NCBI GenBank assembly: GCA_964291625.2
Contig: OZ220089.1
Span: 4,721,842-4,785,841 of the forward strand
Direction: 5' to 3'
DNA: 64,000 nucleotides
Source: Candidatus Latescibacterota bacterium
Lineage (GTDB): Bacteria; Latescibacterota; UBA2968; UBA8231
Of this stretch, positions 11,752 to 20,519 are shown in pieces (the stretch's first letter is position 1; each line of letters begins with the position of its first letter). The notes beneath the pieces were generated by a model. That model did not search any database, had not been told where the DNA came from, and saw nothing but the letters and a program-made list of their open reading frames with translations. Position numbers and translations under genes: made by a program.

Positions 11752-12744
11752 TCACCCGGTGTTGGTCAGCACCTTGGCGCCCTCGGTGTCGAAGCGGAAG
11801 CCCATCTCGCGCAGGCCCTTCTGCCGCATCCGCTGCAGCAGGGCCTCGCGGGCGCCGGGGGGAGTATAGAACATCAGGAAGCCGCCGCCGCCGGCCCCCA
11901 TCAGCTTGCCCCCGAGGGCGCCGGCGCGCCTCGCCTCGTCGTACCACCGGTCGATCTCGGGGTTGGACATCTTCGAGGAGCGCCTCTTCTTGGTCTCCCA
12001 GTGGGTGTGCAGCAGGTCGCCGAAGCGGTCGAGGTCGCCGGCCTCGAGGGCGTCGCGGATGGCCAGGCCGAGGGACTTGATCTCGTGCAGGCCGTCGACG
12101 ACGGAGGCCTTGCCGGCGCGCGTCTCCTCCTCCTGCTGCGAGAGGATGTCGAAGCTCTCGCGCTGGATGCCGGTGTAGAGCAGGACGAGGCGGCGGCCAA
12201 GCTCGTCCAGGGTCTCGCCGGAGACGCGGGGGCCGCTCACCGACACGCGGCCCCCGGAGTCGATGTCGAGGCAGGTGAGGCCCCCGAAGGCGGCCAGGTA
12301 GTGGTCGTGCTTGCCCGCCGGCTGGCCGGCGCGCGCCGTCTCCACGTGGTGGGCCTCGTCGGCCAGGTGGGCCCGCGGCAGGGGCCGGCCCGCGAACTCG
12401 CGCAGGGCGGCCAGGAGGGCCACGGTGAAGGCCCCGGAGGAGCCCAGGCCGGTGCGCCCCGGTACGTCGGCCATGGCGCCGATCTCGAGGCCGCCCTCGA
12501 TGCCCAGGTGGAGGAGGGACTCGCGCAGCAGCGGGTGCTCCAGGTCGGCGGCGTGGTCGACGCGCTCGGTGCGGGAGTACTTGACGCGCACGAAGTCCTC
12601 CACCTGGAGGGCGTTGAGCTGGATGTAGACGTACTTGTCGATGGCGGCGGAGAGGATGAAGCCGCCGTGGCGGCCGGCATAGGAGGGCAGGTCGGTGCCG
12701 CCCCCGCCGAGGGGGATCCTCAGGGGCGCCCGGGTGGTGATCAC
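11752..12744 (-). CDS. hddA: GHMP kinase, D-glycero-alpha-D-manno-heptose-7-phosphate kinase-like
   Basis: 'TRAPLRIPLGGGGTDLPSY', 'GRTGLGSSG', 'GGKLMGAGGGGFL'; GTG start overlaps the epimerase stop. Confidence 0.8.
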   Translation of the reverse strand: MITTRAPLRIPLGGGGTDLPSYAGRHGGFILSAAIDKYVYIQLNALQVEDFVRVKYSRTERVDHAADLEHPLLRESLLHLGIEGGLEIGAMADVPGRTGLGSSGAFTVALLAALREFAGRPLPRAHLADEAHHVETARAGQPAGKHDHYLAAFGGLTCLDIDSGGRVSVSGPRVSGETLDELGRRLVLLYTGIQRESFDILSQQEEETRAGKASVVDGLHEIKSLGLAIRDALEAGDLDRFGDLLHTHWETKKRRSSKMSNPEIDRWYDEARRAGALGGKLMGAGGGGFLMFYTPPGAREALLQRMRQKGLREMGFRFDTEGAKVLTNTG

Positions 12745-13883
12745 GCCGCCCGCTCCGCCCCGGAGGCGGCGGCCCGGCGGATGACGCCGGCGGCGCGCAT
12801 GGTCCTGCGGCTGCGGGCGTAGAACTCGCCCAGGTCCGGCTGCTCCCGCACCCATTCCACGTAGTCGCCCAGGAACTCCTCCGGCGCCGCTCCCGGGCGC
12901 CAGCCGAGGCCGCCCAGGCGCTCCCCGGAGGAGACGGTGTGGCGGGCGTCGCCCAGGCGGTACTCGCCGGTGATCTCGGGCTCGAGGCCCTCCCGGCCGC
13001 AGATGGCCGAGAGCATCCGCGCCACCTCGACCACGCTGGTGGCGCCGCGGCCGGGCACGTTCAGGTTCGTGAAGTCGGTGCGGTCGTCCTCGAGGGCGAG
13101 GACGTTGGCGCGGGCCACGTCCTCCACGTGGACGTAGTCCCGCCGCTGGCGGCCGTCCTCGTAGATCACCGGGGCGCGGCCGTGGAGCAGCTGCAGGGTG
13201 AAGATCCGGGCGACGCCGCTGTAGGCGTTGTAGAAGGAGTTGCGCCTCCCCTGCACGATGGAGTAGCGCATGTTGGTCACCGGGATGGCGTAGCGCCGGC
13301 CCAGGTTCAGGGCCGCCATCTCCAGGGAGTACTTGGAGATGCCGTACGCCGTGTGGGGGTGGAGGGGCAGGTCCTCGGTCAGGGGCAGGGGCTCGGCGGG
13401 GCCCCCGCAGGAGGGGCAGCGGACCTCCCAGTCGCCCCGCGAGAGCTGCTCCCGCGACCGCGCCGGGGGGTGGACGGTCCCGCAGCCGGCGCAGCGGTAG
13501 CTGCCCTCTCCGTACACGGCCTGGGAGGAGGCCAGCACGATCTTGCGCAGCGGCAGACGCAGGGAGACGGCGATCTCGAAGAGCAGGGCCGTGCCCACCG
13601 TGTTGACGGCGAAGTAGGTGCTGAAGTCCGGCATGTAGTCCTGGTAGGCCGCCAGGTGGACGACGCCGTCGACCCCCTCCAGGGCCCGCCGGAGACCGCC
13701 GGCGTCGCGCACGTCGCCGCGGACGCGGTCGATCCCCGCCGGCAGGTAGTCCGGCCAGCCGTCGGGATGGACGCGCTCCTGCAGGGCGTCGTAGACGCGC
13801 ACCTCGTAGCCGCGCTCGAGGAGCAGGTCGACGGTGTGGGAGCCGATGAAGCCGGCGCCTCCGGTGACCAGGATTCTCTCCAT
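12741..13883 (-). CDS. NAD-dependent epimerase/dehydratase with CxxC...CxxC insert
   Basis: 'ILVTGGAGFIGSH', 'YGISK', 'DGRQRRDYVHVEDVARA'; insert 'CAGCG...CPSCG'. Confidence 0.9.
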   Translation of the reverse strand: MERILVTGGAGFIGSHTVDLLLERGYEVRVYDALQERVHPDGWPDYLPAGIDRVRGDVRDAGGLRRALEGVDGVVHLAAYQDYMPDFSTYFAVNTVGTALLFEIAVSLRLPLRKIVLASSQAVYGEGSYRCAGCGTVHPPARSREQLSRGDWEVRCPSCGGPAEPLPLTEDLPLHPHTAYGISKYSLEMAALNLGRRYAIPVTNMRYSIVQGRRNSFYNAYSGVARIFTLQLLHGRAPVIYEDGRQRRDYVHVEDVARANVLALEDDRTDFTNLNVPGRGATSVVEVARMLSAICGREGLEPEITGEYRLGDARHTVSSGERLGGLGWRPGAAPEEFLGDYVEWVREQPDLGEFYARSRRTMRAAGVIRRAAASGAERAA

Positions 13884-13966
13884 GTTCCGGCTTTCGGGGG
13901 GATCCAGGGGGTTCTTGCGAAAGGCTCCAAATGTAGGCCGGACTTAAGGTTACGGCAAATCCCGCA

Positions 13967-13995
13967 TTGACCTGTCCGGCCCCCGGGGATAGCTT
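13967..13995 (+). promoter_or_regulatory. Putative sigma-70 promoter for the YfhO/DUF2723/helicase operon
   Basis: TTGACC-N17-TAGCTT. Confidence 0.55.
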
Positions 13996-14036
13996 GGGAG
14001 GCCCCTCCACCCGACGCGGCGAGCCTCGGAAGAGCG

Positions 14037-16538
14037 ATGCGCCACATGGCCTCCCGGACGCTTCCCATCCCCGCTGACCGGCTCGCCGGCCCCGCCTGCC
14101 TGGCGGGTCTCGCCCTGGCCGTGGCCTCCCTCTTCCCCGGCGTCCTGCAGGGCGGGGTGTTCTTCGTGCAGGACGTGATGGTGCAGAACGTCCCCTGGCG
14201 CCACTTCCTGCACGAGGCCCTCGCCGAGGGCCGGCTGCCGCTGTGGGAGCCGAGCGTCAGCTGCGGGTTCCCGCTCTTCGCCGAGGGCCAGGTGGGGGCC
14301 CTGTACCCGCCCAACTGGCTGCTGGCCCCGCTGCCGCCGGCGGCCGCCGTGACCTGGTCGGTCCTCGGCCACCTCTGGCTGGCCGCCGCCGCCACCTGGG
14401 GCTTCCTGCGCGCCCTCGGCTGCGGCCGTCTGGCGGCGCTCACCGGGGGGCTGACCTACGGCCTCGGCGGCTACCTCGTGGTGCGCGCCATGTCCCCCAA
14501 CTTCGTCGCCGCCGCCGCCCTGCTGCCGGTGCTGTTCTGGCTCCTGGAGACCGGCCTCGCCCGCGGGCGGCCGGTGCGCGTCGTCCTGGCCGGAGGGGCG
14601 GCGGCCCTGCTGCTGCTGGCCGGCCACCCGCAGGCGGCCCTCTACGGCGCCGCGGCGGCCTCCGCCTACGGGGCGCTGCGGGCCTGGCAGCTCGGGCGGC
14701 GGCAGGCGGTCCTGGCGGCGCTGCTGGCCGTGCCGGGGGCCGCGATCGCGGCCGTGCAGTTGCTGCCGACCTGGGAGCTGGCCGCCGAGTCCGGCCGCGG
14801 CGGCGGCCTCGGGTACGAGCAGTTCGTCAACATGTCCCTGCCGCCCGAGCGTCTCCTCGGCCTGCTGCTCCCCGGCTTCTTCGGCAACTCGGCGACGGGG
14901 TCGTACTGGGGCCGGGAGGCGGGGTTCTTCATCCAGCTCTGCCCCTACATCGGCGTCACCGGCCTGGTGCTGGCCCTGGTCGGCGCCCGCGAGGCGGAGT
15001 CGCCGGCCCGGGGCTTCTTCGCCCTCCTCGCCGTCCTCGGCCTGACCCTCTCCCTGGGCCACTACTCGGGCCTGTTCCACGCCCTCCACGAGGTCCCCTT
15101 CCTGCGCCAGCTGCGCATCCCCACCCGCTTCCTGCTGTGGTGGGCCTTCGGCGGTGCCGTCCTGGCCGGCCTCGGCGTCCACCGCCTCGCCGACGGCCGG
15201 CCGTTGCGGACCTCGTGGGTGCGGGTCTGCGTCCTCCTCGCCCTCGCTGCAGGGCTCGCGGCCCTGGTCAACCGCGCCGTCCTCTGGGGCGGGGCGGCCC
15301 TCCCCCCCGGCAGCGAGCTCCTGGTCGAGCGCTACCGCGCCGACCTGGCCGCCGATCTGTGGCGCCTGGGCCCGGTCCTGCTCGCCATGGCCCTGCTCAC
15401 CTGCGGCCCGGTCCGGCGCCGCCTCGGCCCGCGGTTGCCGGCGGCGGCCATCGTCGTCCTCTGCGCGCTGGAGCTGAACGACTTCGGACGGCCCTTCAAC
15501 GGGGTCCTGCCGCCGGAGGTCTACGAGCGGGTCCCGCCGGCGGCGCAGGCGATCCTGGCCGACGCCGGCCGCTGGCGGCCGGGGTCCGGACCCGGCGTGC
15601 CCACGGCCGGGCTGGTGCGCGTGGCCAGCCTCGTGTCGGAGCGCAACTCCCCCTACGACTGGCACGGCGGCTGGGCCCACGACCTCTCCTCGTACGAGCG
15701 CTACCCGGGGACCCTGCGCATGTACTCGGCGGGCCTCTTCGGCCTGGCCAACACCCTGCCGGGGTGGAGCCCCCTGCACCCGCGCCGCCACTGGGAGCTG
15801 GTCAGGGCCTATCCGGTTCGGCTGGACCTGGCCAACGCCGGGTACGTGGTCAGCCACCGGGCCCTGTCGTGGCCGGGTCTGGAGTTGGTGCACGAGGGAG
15901 AGGAGCGGGTCTACCGCAACCGGGAGGCCCTGCCCAGGGCCTGGGTCGCGCCCGAGGCCCTGGTCGAGCCCGACCCCCGCCGGCGCCTGGCGCGGCTGCG
16001 CTCCCCCGGGTTCGATGCGGGGCGGCAGGTCCTCCTCGACCGGCCTCCGGGGTCGGCCCCAGGTCCGGGAGCCGGGTACGCTCCGGCGCGCATCACCCGC
16101 TACGAGGCGACGGGCGTCGAGGTGGAGCTGCCCGGCCGGGACGGGTTCCTGGTGCTGGCCGACAGCTACGCGCCGGGGTGGGAGGCGCGGGTCGACGGCC
16201 GCGAGCGGGAGATCCTGCGGGCGAACCACGTCTTCCGGGCGGTGCCGGTGACGGCGGCGGACCTCCGCGTCTCCTTCCGCTACCGGCCGGCCTCGCTGGC
16301 GCGGGGCGCGGCCATCGCCACGGCAGCGGCCCTCCTGTGGACAGCCGCCCTGTGGCGGGCCCGGCGCTGGCGCTGGCCGCCGCCGGCGGAGGGGTCGGAG
16401 GTCCGGGGCGCCATGCCGCCGGTGCACGCGGCCGTGCAGGTGGCGGCCGTGGTCGTGCTCCACGGCATCGCCCGGGAGACGGCCCTGTGGGCGCAGAGCC
16501 TGGAGCGCATGCGGCTGCTGGCGGTGCTGGCCGGGTAG
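14037..16538 (+). CDS. YfhO-family polytopic membrane protein (GT-C-fold glycosyltransferase-like)
   Basis: 'GRLPLWEPSVSCGFPLFAEGQ...LYPPN', many TM segments, C-terminal 'LVLADSYAPGWEARVDG...ANHVFRAV'. Confidence 0.8.
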   Translation: MRHMASRTLPIPADRLAGPACLAGLALAVASLFPGVLQGGVFFVQDVMVQNVPWRHFLHEALAEGRLPLWEPSVSCGFPLFAEGQVGALYPPNWLLAPLPPAAAVTWSVLGHLWLAAAATWGFLRALGCGRLAALTGGLTYGLGGYLVVRAMSPNFVAAAALLPVLFWLLETGLARGRPVRVVLAGGAAALLLLAGHPQAALYGAAAASAYGALRAWQLGRRQAVLAALLAVPGAAIAAVQLLPTWELAAESGRGGGLGYEQFVNMSLPPERLLGLLLPGFFGNSATGSYWGREAGFFIQLCPYIGVTGLVLALVGAREAESPARGFFALLAVLGLTLSLGHYSGLFHALHEVPFLRQLRIPTRFLLWWAFGGAVLAGLGVHRLADGRPLRTSWVRVCVLLALAAGLAALVNRAVLWGGAALPPGSELLVERYRADLAADLWRLGPVLLAMALLTCGPVRRRLGPRLPAAAIVVLCALELNDFGRPFNGVLPPEVYERVPPAAQAILADAGRWRPGSGPGVPTAGLVRVASLVSERNSPYDWHGGWAHDLSSYERYPGTLRMYSAGLFGLANTLPGWSPLHPRRHWELVRAYPVRLDLANAGYVVSHRALSWPGLELVHEGEERVYRNREALPRAWVAPEALVEPDPRRRLARLRSPGFDAGRQVLLDRPPGSAPGPGAGYAPARITRYEATGVEVELPGRDGFLVLADSYAPGWEARVDGREREILRANHVFRAVPVTAADLRVSFRYRPASLARGAAIATAAALLWTAALWRARRWRWPPPAEGSEVRGAMPPVHAAVQVAAVVVLHGIARETALWAQSLERMRLLAVLAG

Positions 16539-16542
16539 CGCC

Positions 16543-18414
16543 GTGGACCGGACCCGCCTGGCCGCCGCCGCCGTCTTCGGCCTCGCCGCGATCAGCTACC
16601 TGCTGACCCTCTGCCCCTCGGTCTACGTCGAGGGCTCGGGGGAGCTGATCGGGGCCGTCTGGGGCCTGGGCACGCCGCACCCGACCGGGTATCCCCTGTA
16701 CGTGCTTCTGGCGAAGGTGCTCTCCTGGCTCGATCCGGGGGTTTCGCCGGCGCGGGCGGTGAACGCCGCCACCTGCCTGATGGCGGCGGCCGCCGCCGGC
16801 TCCCTGGCCCTCTTCCTCCAGGGCCGCGGGTGCGGCCCGGCGGCGGCCGCGGCGGCGGGGCTGGCCCTGGCCTGGAGCCGCACGTTCTGGAGCCAGGCGG
16901 TGATCTCCGAGGTCTACGGCCTCTTCGTCCTGGCCGCGGTGGCGCTCCTCGGCGCCGGGCTCCGGGCGCGGTCCTGCGGTCCCGCCGACCGCCCCCGGTG
17001 GCTGCTGCTGACCGGGTACGCCGCCGGCCTCGCCGCCACCTGCCACCTGCAGGCGGTCCTGCTGGTGCCGCCGGTGCTGGTGGCGGCCCTCGGGCCGGCG
17101 CGGCGTACGCCCGTCGAGGGGGGACGGCGGCTGCGCGAAGCGGGATGGATGGCGGCGGGCGGGGCCGCCGGCCTGAGCCCGTGGATCTACCTGCCGGTGC
17201 GCAACGGCGTCGGCGCCGGTTTCCACTGGGGCCCCCTGGACTCGATCCCGGCCCTGTGGGAGCACCTCACCGGGGCCACCTACCGCGGCTCCTTCTTCAG
17301 CCTGCCCTGGGGGGCCGCGGCGATCAACGCCCGGCGCCTGGGCGAGCAACTGGCGGGGGAGTGGACGCCCCTGTTCCTGCCCCTGATCGCCTGGGGGGCG
17401 GCGGCGGCCTTGCGGCGCGACCCGGTCCTGGCGCGGGTGCTGCTGGCGGCGGCGGTCCTCAACCTGGTCACGGCCCTGGGCTACCACCGCAACCCGCAGG
17501 GACTGGACGTGTTCTTCCTGCTGGCGGTGCTGTGCGCCGCCGCCCTGGCCGGGTTCGGCCTCGACGACTTGGCGCGGCGGCTGCGGGGCCGGCTCCGCCG
17601 GCTGGCGCCGGCGGCGGTCCTCGCCTGCGCCGCCATCCCCCTCGCCGCCAACCTCGGGGAGGCCGACCGGAGCGGCGCCTGGTTCCCGGACCTCTACGGG
17701 CGCCGGCTGCTGGACGAGCTGCCCCCCCGGGCGGTGCTGATCACCGAGGGGGACGACGCCAGCTTCCTCGTGGACTACCTGCAGCGGGTGGAGGGGGTGC
17801 GCCCGGACGTGACCATCGCCAACCGCCTGGGCCGCGGCGATCCCACCGCCGCCGCCGGCCCGGAGGGGGCGCCGCGGCGCCGGCGCCGGGAGCGGGCCTG
17901 GATGAACTCCGAGCGTCCCGTTCACTTCCTGGTGGCGCGGCGCCCGCCCGAGGGGTTCGGCTTCGAGCCCCGGGGGCTGAGCTATCTCGCCGTCCGCGGG
18001 CGCCAGGGCGGCGGCCCGGACAGGTCCGCCGATCCCGCGGACTGGCTGGAAGGGGCGGATCCCGCCCTCCTGGAGTCGCCGGACCCGTGGGTGCGCAAGC
18101 TGGTGGCCAACGGCTGGTTCATGTCGGGGGAACGCCACCGCCACGCCGGGGACCTTCAGGAGGCCGCGGCGGCGTACCGGCGCGCGGCGGCGGCCGCTCC
18201 GGGATCTCAGTCGACGAATTACAACGTGAGCCTCATGTTGTTCCGCATGAACGAGTTGGGAGAGTCACTCAGGTACGCTCTTCGAGCCCTGGAGATCGAT
18301 CCCGTGCGCACCGGACCGTACCGGCTGGCGGCGCAGGTCCTGTCGCGGATGGGCCGGGCGGGGGAGGCGGAGGCGCTGCAGGCGAGAGCCCGGGAATGGG
18401 CCCGGGCGCGGTGA
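16543..18414 (+). CDS. DUF2723 (TMEM260-like) membrane glycosyltransferase with C-terminal TPR
   Basis: 'LTLCPSVYVEGSGEL...LGTPHPTGYPLY', 'FWSQAVISEVYG', 'EGVRPDV', TPR-like C-terminus. Confidence 0.8.
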   Translation: MDRTRLAAAAVFGLAAISYLLTLCPSVYVEGSGELIGAVWGLGTPHPTGYPLYVLLAKVLSWLDPGVSPARAVNAATCLMAAAAAGSLALFLQGRGCGPAAAAAAGLALAWSRTFWSQAVISEVYGLFVLAAVALLGAGLRARSCGPADRPRWLLLTGYAAGLAATCHLQAVLLVPPVLVAALGPARRTPVEGGRRLREAGWMAAGGAAGLSPWIYLPVRNGVGAGFHWGPLDSIPALWEHLTGATYRGSFFSLPWGAAAINARRLGEQLAGEWTPLFLPLIAWGAAAALRRDPVLARVLLAAAVLNLVTALGYHRNPQGLDVFFLLAVLCAAALAGFGLDDLARRLRGRLRRLAPAAVLACAAIPLAANLGEADRSGAWFPDLYGRRLLDELPPRAVLITEGDDASFLVDYLQRVEGVRPDVTIANRLGRGDPTAAAGPEGAPRRRRRERAWMNSERPVHFLVARRPPEGFGFEPRGLSYLAVRGRQGGGPDRSADPADWLEGADPALLESPDPWVRKLVANGWFMSGERHRHAGDLQEAAAAYRRAAAAAPGSQSTNYNVSLMLFRMNELGESLRYALRALEIDPVRTGPYRLAAQVLSRMGRAGEAEALQARAREWARAR

Positions 18415-20519
18415 TGCCGCCGGGGACGCCGGCGGGCTCCTGGAGCGGCGAGGTGGCCGCGGCCATCGCCGCCCCGGCGGCCGGCCCGGTGTGGATCGAC
18501 CTGCCCCAGGGGCCGGCCGCCGCCGGCGCCCTGGTCCGCCAGCGGCTGGCCGCGCTCCTCGACCAGGGAGTGAGCGGCGACGAGCTGCTGGTCCTGGTCC
18601 CGCAGCGCCCCCGCCGGCGGCTGGAGCCCGCCGGGGGACAGGGCCGCGGACGGGCGGCGGTCGCTCCCGAGATCCACACCTTCTACGGCCTGGCGGCGCG
18701 CATGGTGCGACTGTTCTGGCCGCGGATCGCCACCGGGGCCGGCTTCGGATCGCCCCTCGACCCGCCGGTCCTGCTGACCTACGAGACCGCCCAGTACGTG
18801 ATGAAGCAGATCGTCGACCCCCGCCTCGCCGAGGGCGCCTTCGACGGCCTCTCCCTGCGGCCCCAGAGACTGCTCTCGCAGCTGCTCGACAACCTCAACA
18901 AGGCCGGCGTCAACGGTTACGACATCGCCGAGGTCGGCCCCCGGCTGCGGGACTCGTGGACGGCCCACAGGGAGGGCCGGGAGGTCTGGTTCGACCAGGC
19001 CCAGGGCTGCATCGAGGCCTACCGCGCCCACTGCCTGGAGCACAATCTGGTCGACGTCTCCCTCGTCCTCCACCTCTTCCGCCGGCACCTGCTGCCCTCC
19101 GACGAGTTCCGGCGCTACCTGGAGGGGCGCTTCCGGCACCTGCTGGTGGAGGCGGTGGAGGAGACGGTGCCCCTGGCCCAGGACTTCATCCGGCAGCGGC
19201 TGGAGGCCGTCGACTCGGCCTGGCTGGTGGCCCGGCGGGACGGGGGGTTCCGCGTCTTCCTCGGGGTCGATCCCGAGGGCGCCTGGTCCCTGCGGGAGGT
19301 CTGCGCCCGGCGCCTGCGGGTGCCCGATGAGCCGGTGCGGCCGACGGTCACCCTCGGGCGGGAGCTGTCCGCCGGCTTCGAGCCGCCCCGGGCCCCCGGC
19401 GAGACGCCCGACGAGGCCGCCGCCGGGGCCCTGCGCCTGCTCTCGGCGCGCCACCGCGGACCGATGGTCGCCGAGGTCGCCGCCGAAGTCGTGCGCCTCG
19501 TCGAAGCGGGCGCCGCCGAGCCGGGGGAGATCGCCGTCGTCGCCCCCCACGCCGACGGCGTCCTGCGGTTCCTGGTGAGCGAGGCCCTCCGGGAGGCGCA
19601 GATCCCCTGCGCCGTGGTCCGCCGCTTCGAGAGCCTGCGCGAGGAGCCCGAGACGAGGGTCGCCCTGGCCCTGGCGGCGCTGGCCTACCCGGCCTGGGAG
19701 CACGCCCCCCACGCCAGCGACGTCGCCGAGGCGCTGCAGGCGGCCCTGAGCCTGGACCCGGTGCGCGCAAGGCTGCTGACGCGGGCGGCGTACGACGCCG
19801 GCTCCGGCGCCCTGCGCGAGCTGGGCGAGGGGGACCCGCGGCTCCGGGAGCGGCTGCCCCCGGGGGCCCTGGAGGCCTTCGAGACCCTGCGCCGCTGGCT
19901 GCGGGCGCGCCGGCAGGGCGAGCCCCAGCCCCTCGACCTCTTCCTCCGGCAGCTCTTCGGAGAGGTGCTGTCGCGGCCCGATCTCGACCCGGGGAGGGCG
20001 GCCATGTACGCGCGCCTGATCTCCTCGGCCTCCTGGTTCCGGCGCTCCGCCCCCTCCCTGGGCACCGGCCCCGACCCCGGGGGCACGGCCGAGGGCTACG
20101 CCCGCATGGTGGAGGAGGGGGTGGTGGCCGCCTCTCACCCTGCGGGCGCACAGCCGGCGGCGGCCGCCGTCCTCGTGGTGGCGCCGGTCTACACCTACCT
20201 GCTGGAGGAGCGGTTCGACCGCTACCAGTTCTGGCTCGACGCCGGATCGATCAGCTGGTGGGAGCCGCCGCACCAGCCGCTGACCAACCCCCACGTTCTG
20301 TCCCGCCGCTGGCGCCGGGACGCCCGCTGGACCGAGGCCGTCGACCACGAGACCCGCAACCGCACCCTCGGCCGCCTGGTGCGGGGGTTGTGCAGCCGCG
20401 CCGGCGAGGCCGTCTACCTGTGCTGGAGCGAGACCGAGGCGGGCGGGCCCCCCGAGGAGGACAGTCCCCTGCTGCGGGCGGCGGCGCGGGTCGCCGGACC
20501 GGTGGAGCGGGCGGCGTGA
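18414..20519 (+). CDS. UvrD-like helicase-fold protein with degenerate ATPase motifs
   Basis: SF1-like layout ('LLVLVPQR', 'HTFYGLAARMV', 'PGEIAVVAP', 'YQFWLD'), but no GxGKT Walker A, and Walker B reads 'LLVEAVEE'. Confidence 0.65.
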   Translation: MPPGTPAGSWSGEVAAAIAAPAAGPVWIDLPQGPAAAGALVRQRLAALLDQGVSGDELLVLVPQRPRRRLEPAGGQGRGRAAVAPEIHTFYGLAARMVRLFWPRIATGAGFGSPLDPPVLLTYETAQYVMKQIVDPRLAEGAFDGLSLRPQRLLSQLLDNLNKAGVNGYDIAEVGPRLRDSWTAHREGREVWFDQAQGCIEAYRAHCLEHNLVDVSLVLHLFRRHLLPSDEFRRYLEGRFRHLLVEAVEETVPLAQDFIRQRLEAVDSAWLVARRDGGFRVFLGVDPEGAWSLREVCARRLRVPDEPVRPTVTLGRELSAGFEPPRAPGETPDEAAAGALRLLSARHRGPMVAEVAAEVVRLVEAGAAEPGEIAVVAPHADGVLRFLVSEALREAQIPCAVVRRFESLREEPETRVALALAALAYPAWEHAPHASDVAEALQAALSLDPVRARLLTRAAYDAGSGALRELGEGDPRLRERLPPGALEAFETLRRWLRARRQGEPQPLDLFLRQLFGEVLSRPDLDPGRAAMYARLISSASWFRRSAPSLGTGPDPGGTAEGYARMVEEGVVAASHPAGAQPAAAAVLVVAPVYTYLLEERFDRYQFWLDAGSISWWEPPHQPLTNPHVLSRRWRRDARWTEAVDHETRNRTLGRLVRGLCSRAGEAVYLCWSETEAGGPPEEDSPLLRAAARVAGPVERAA

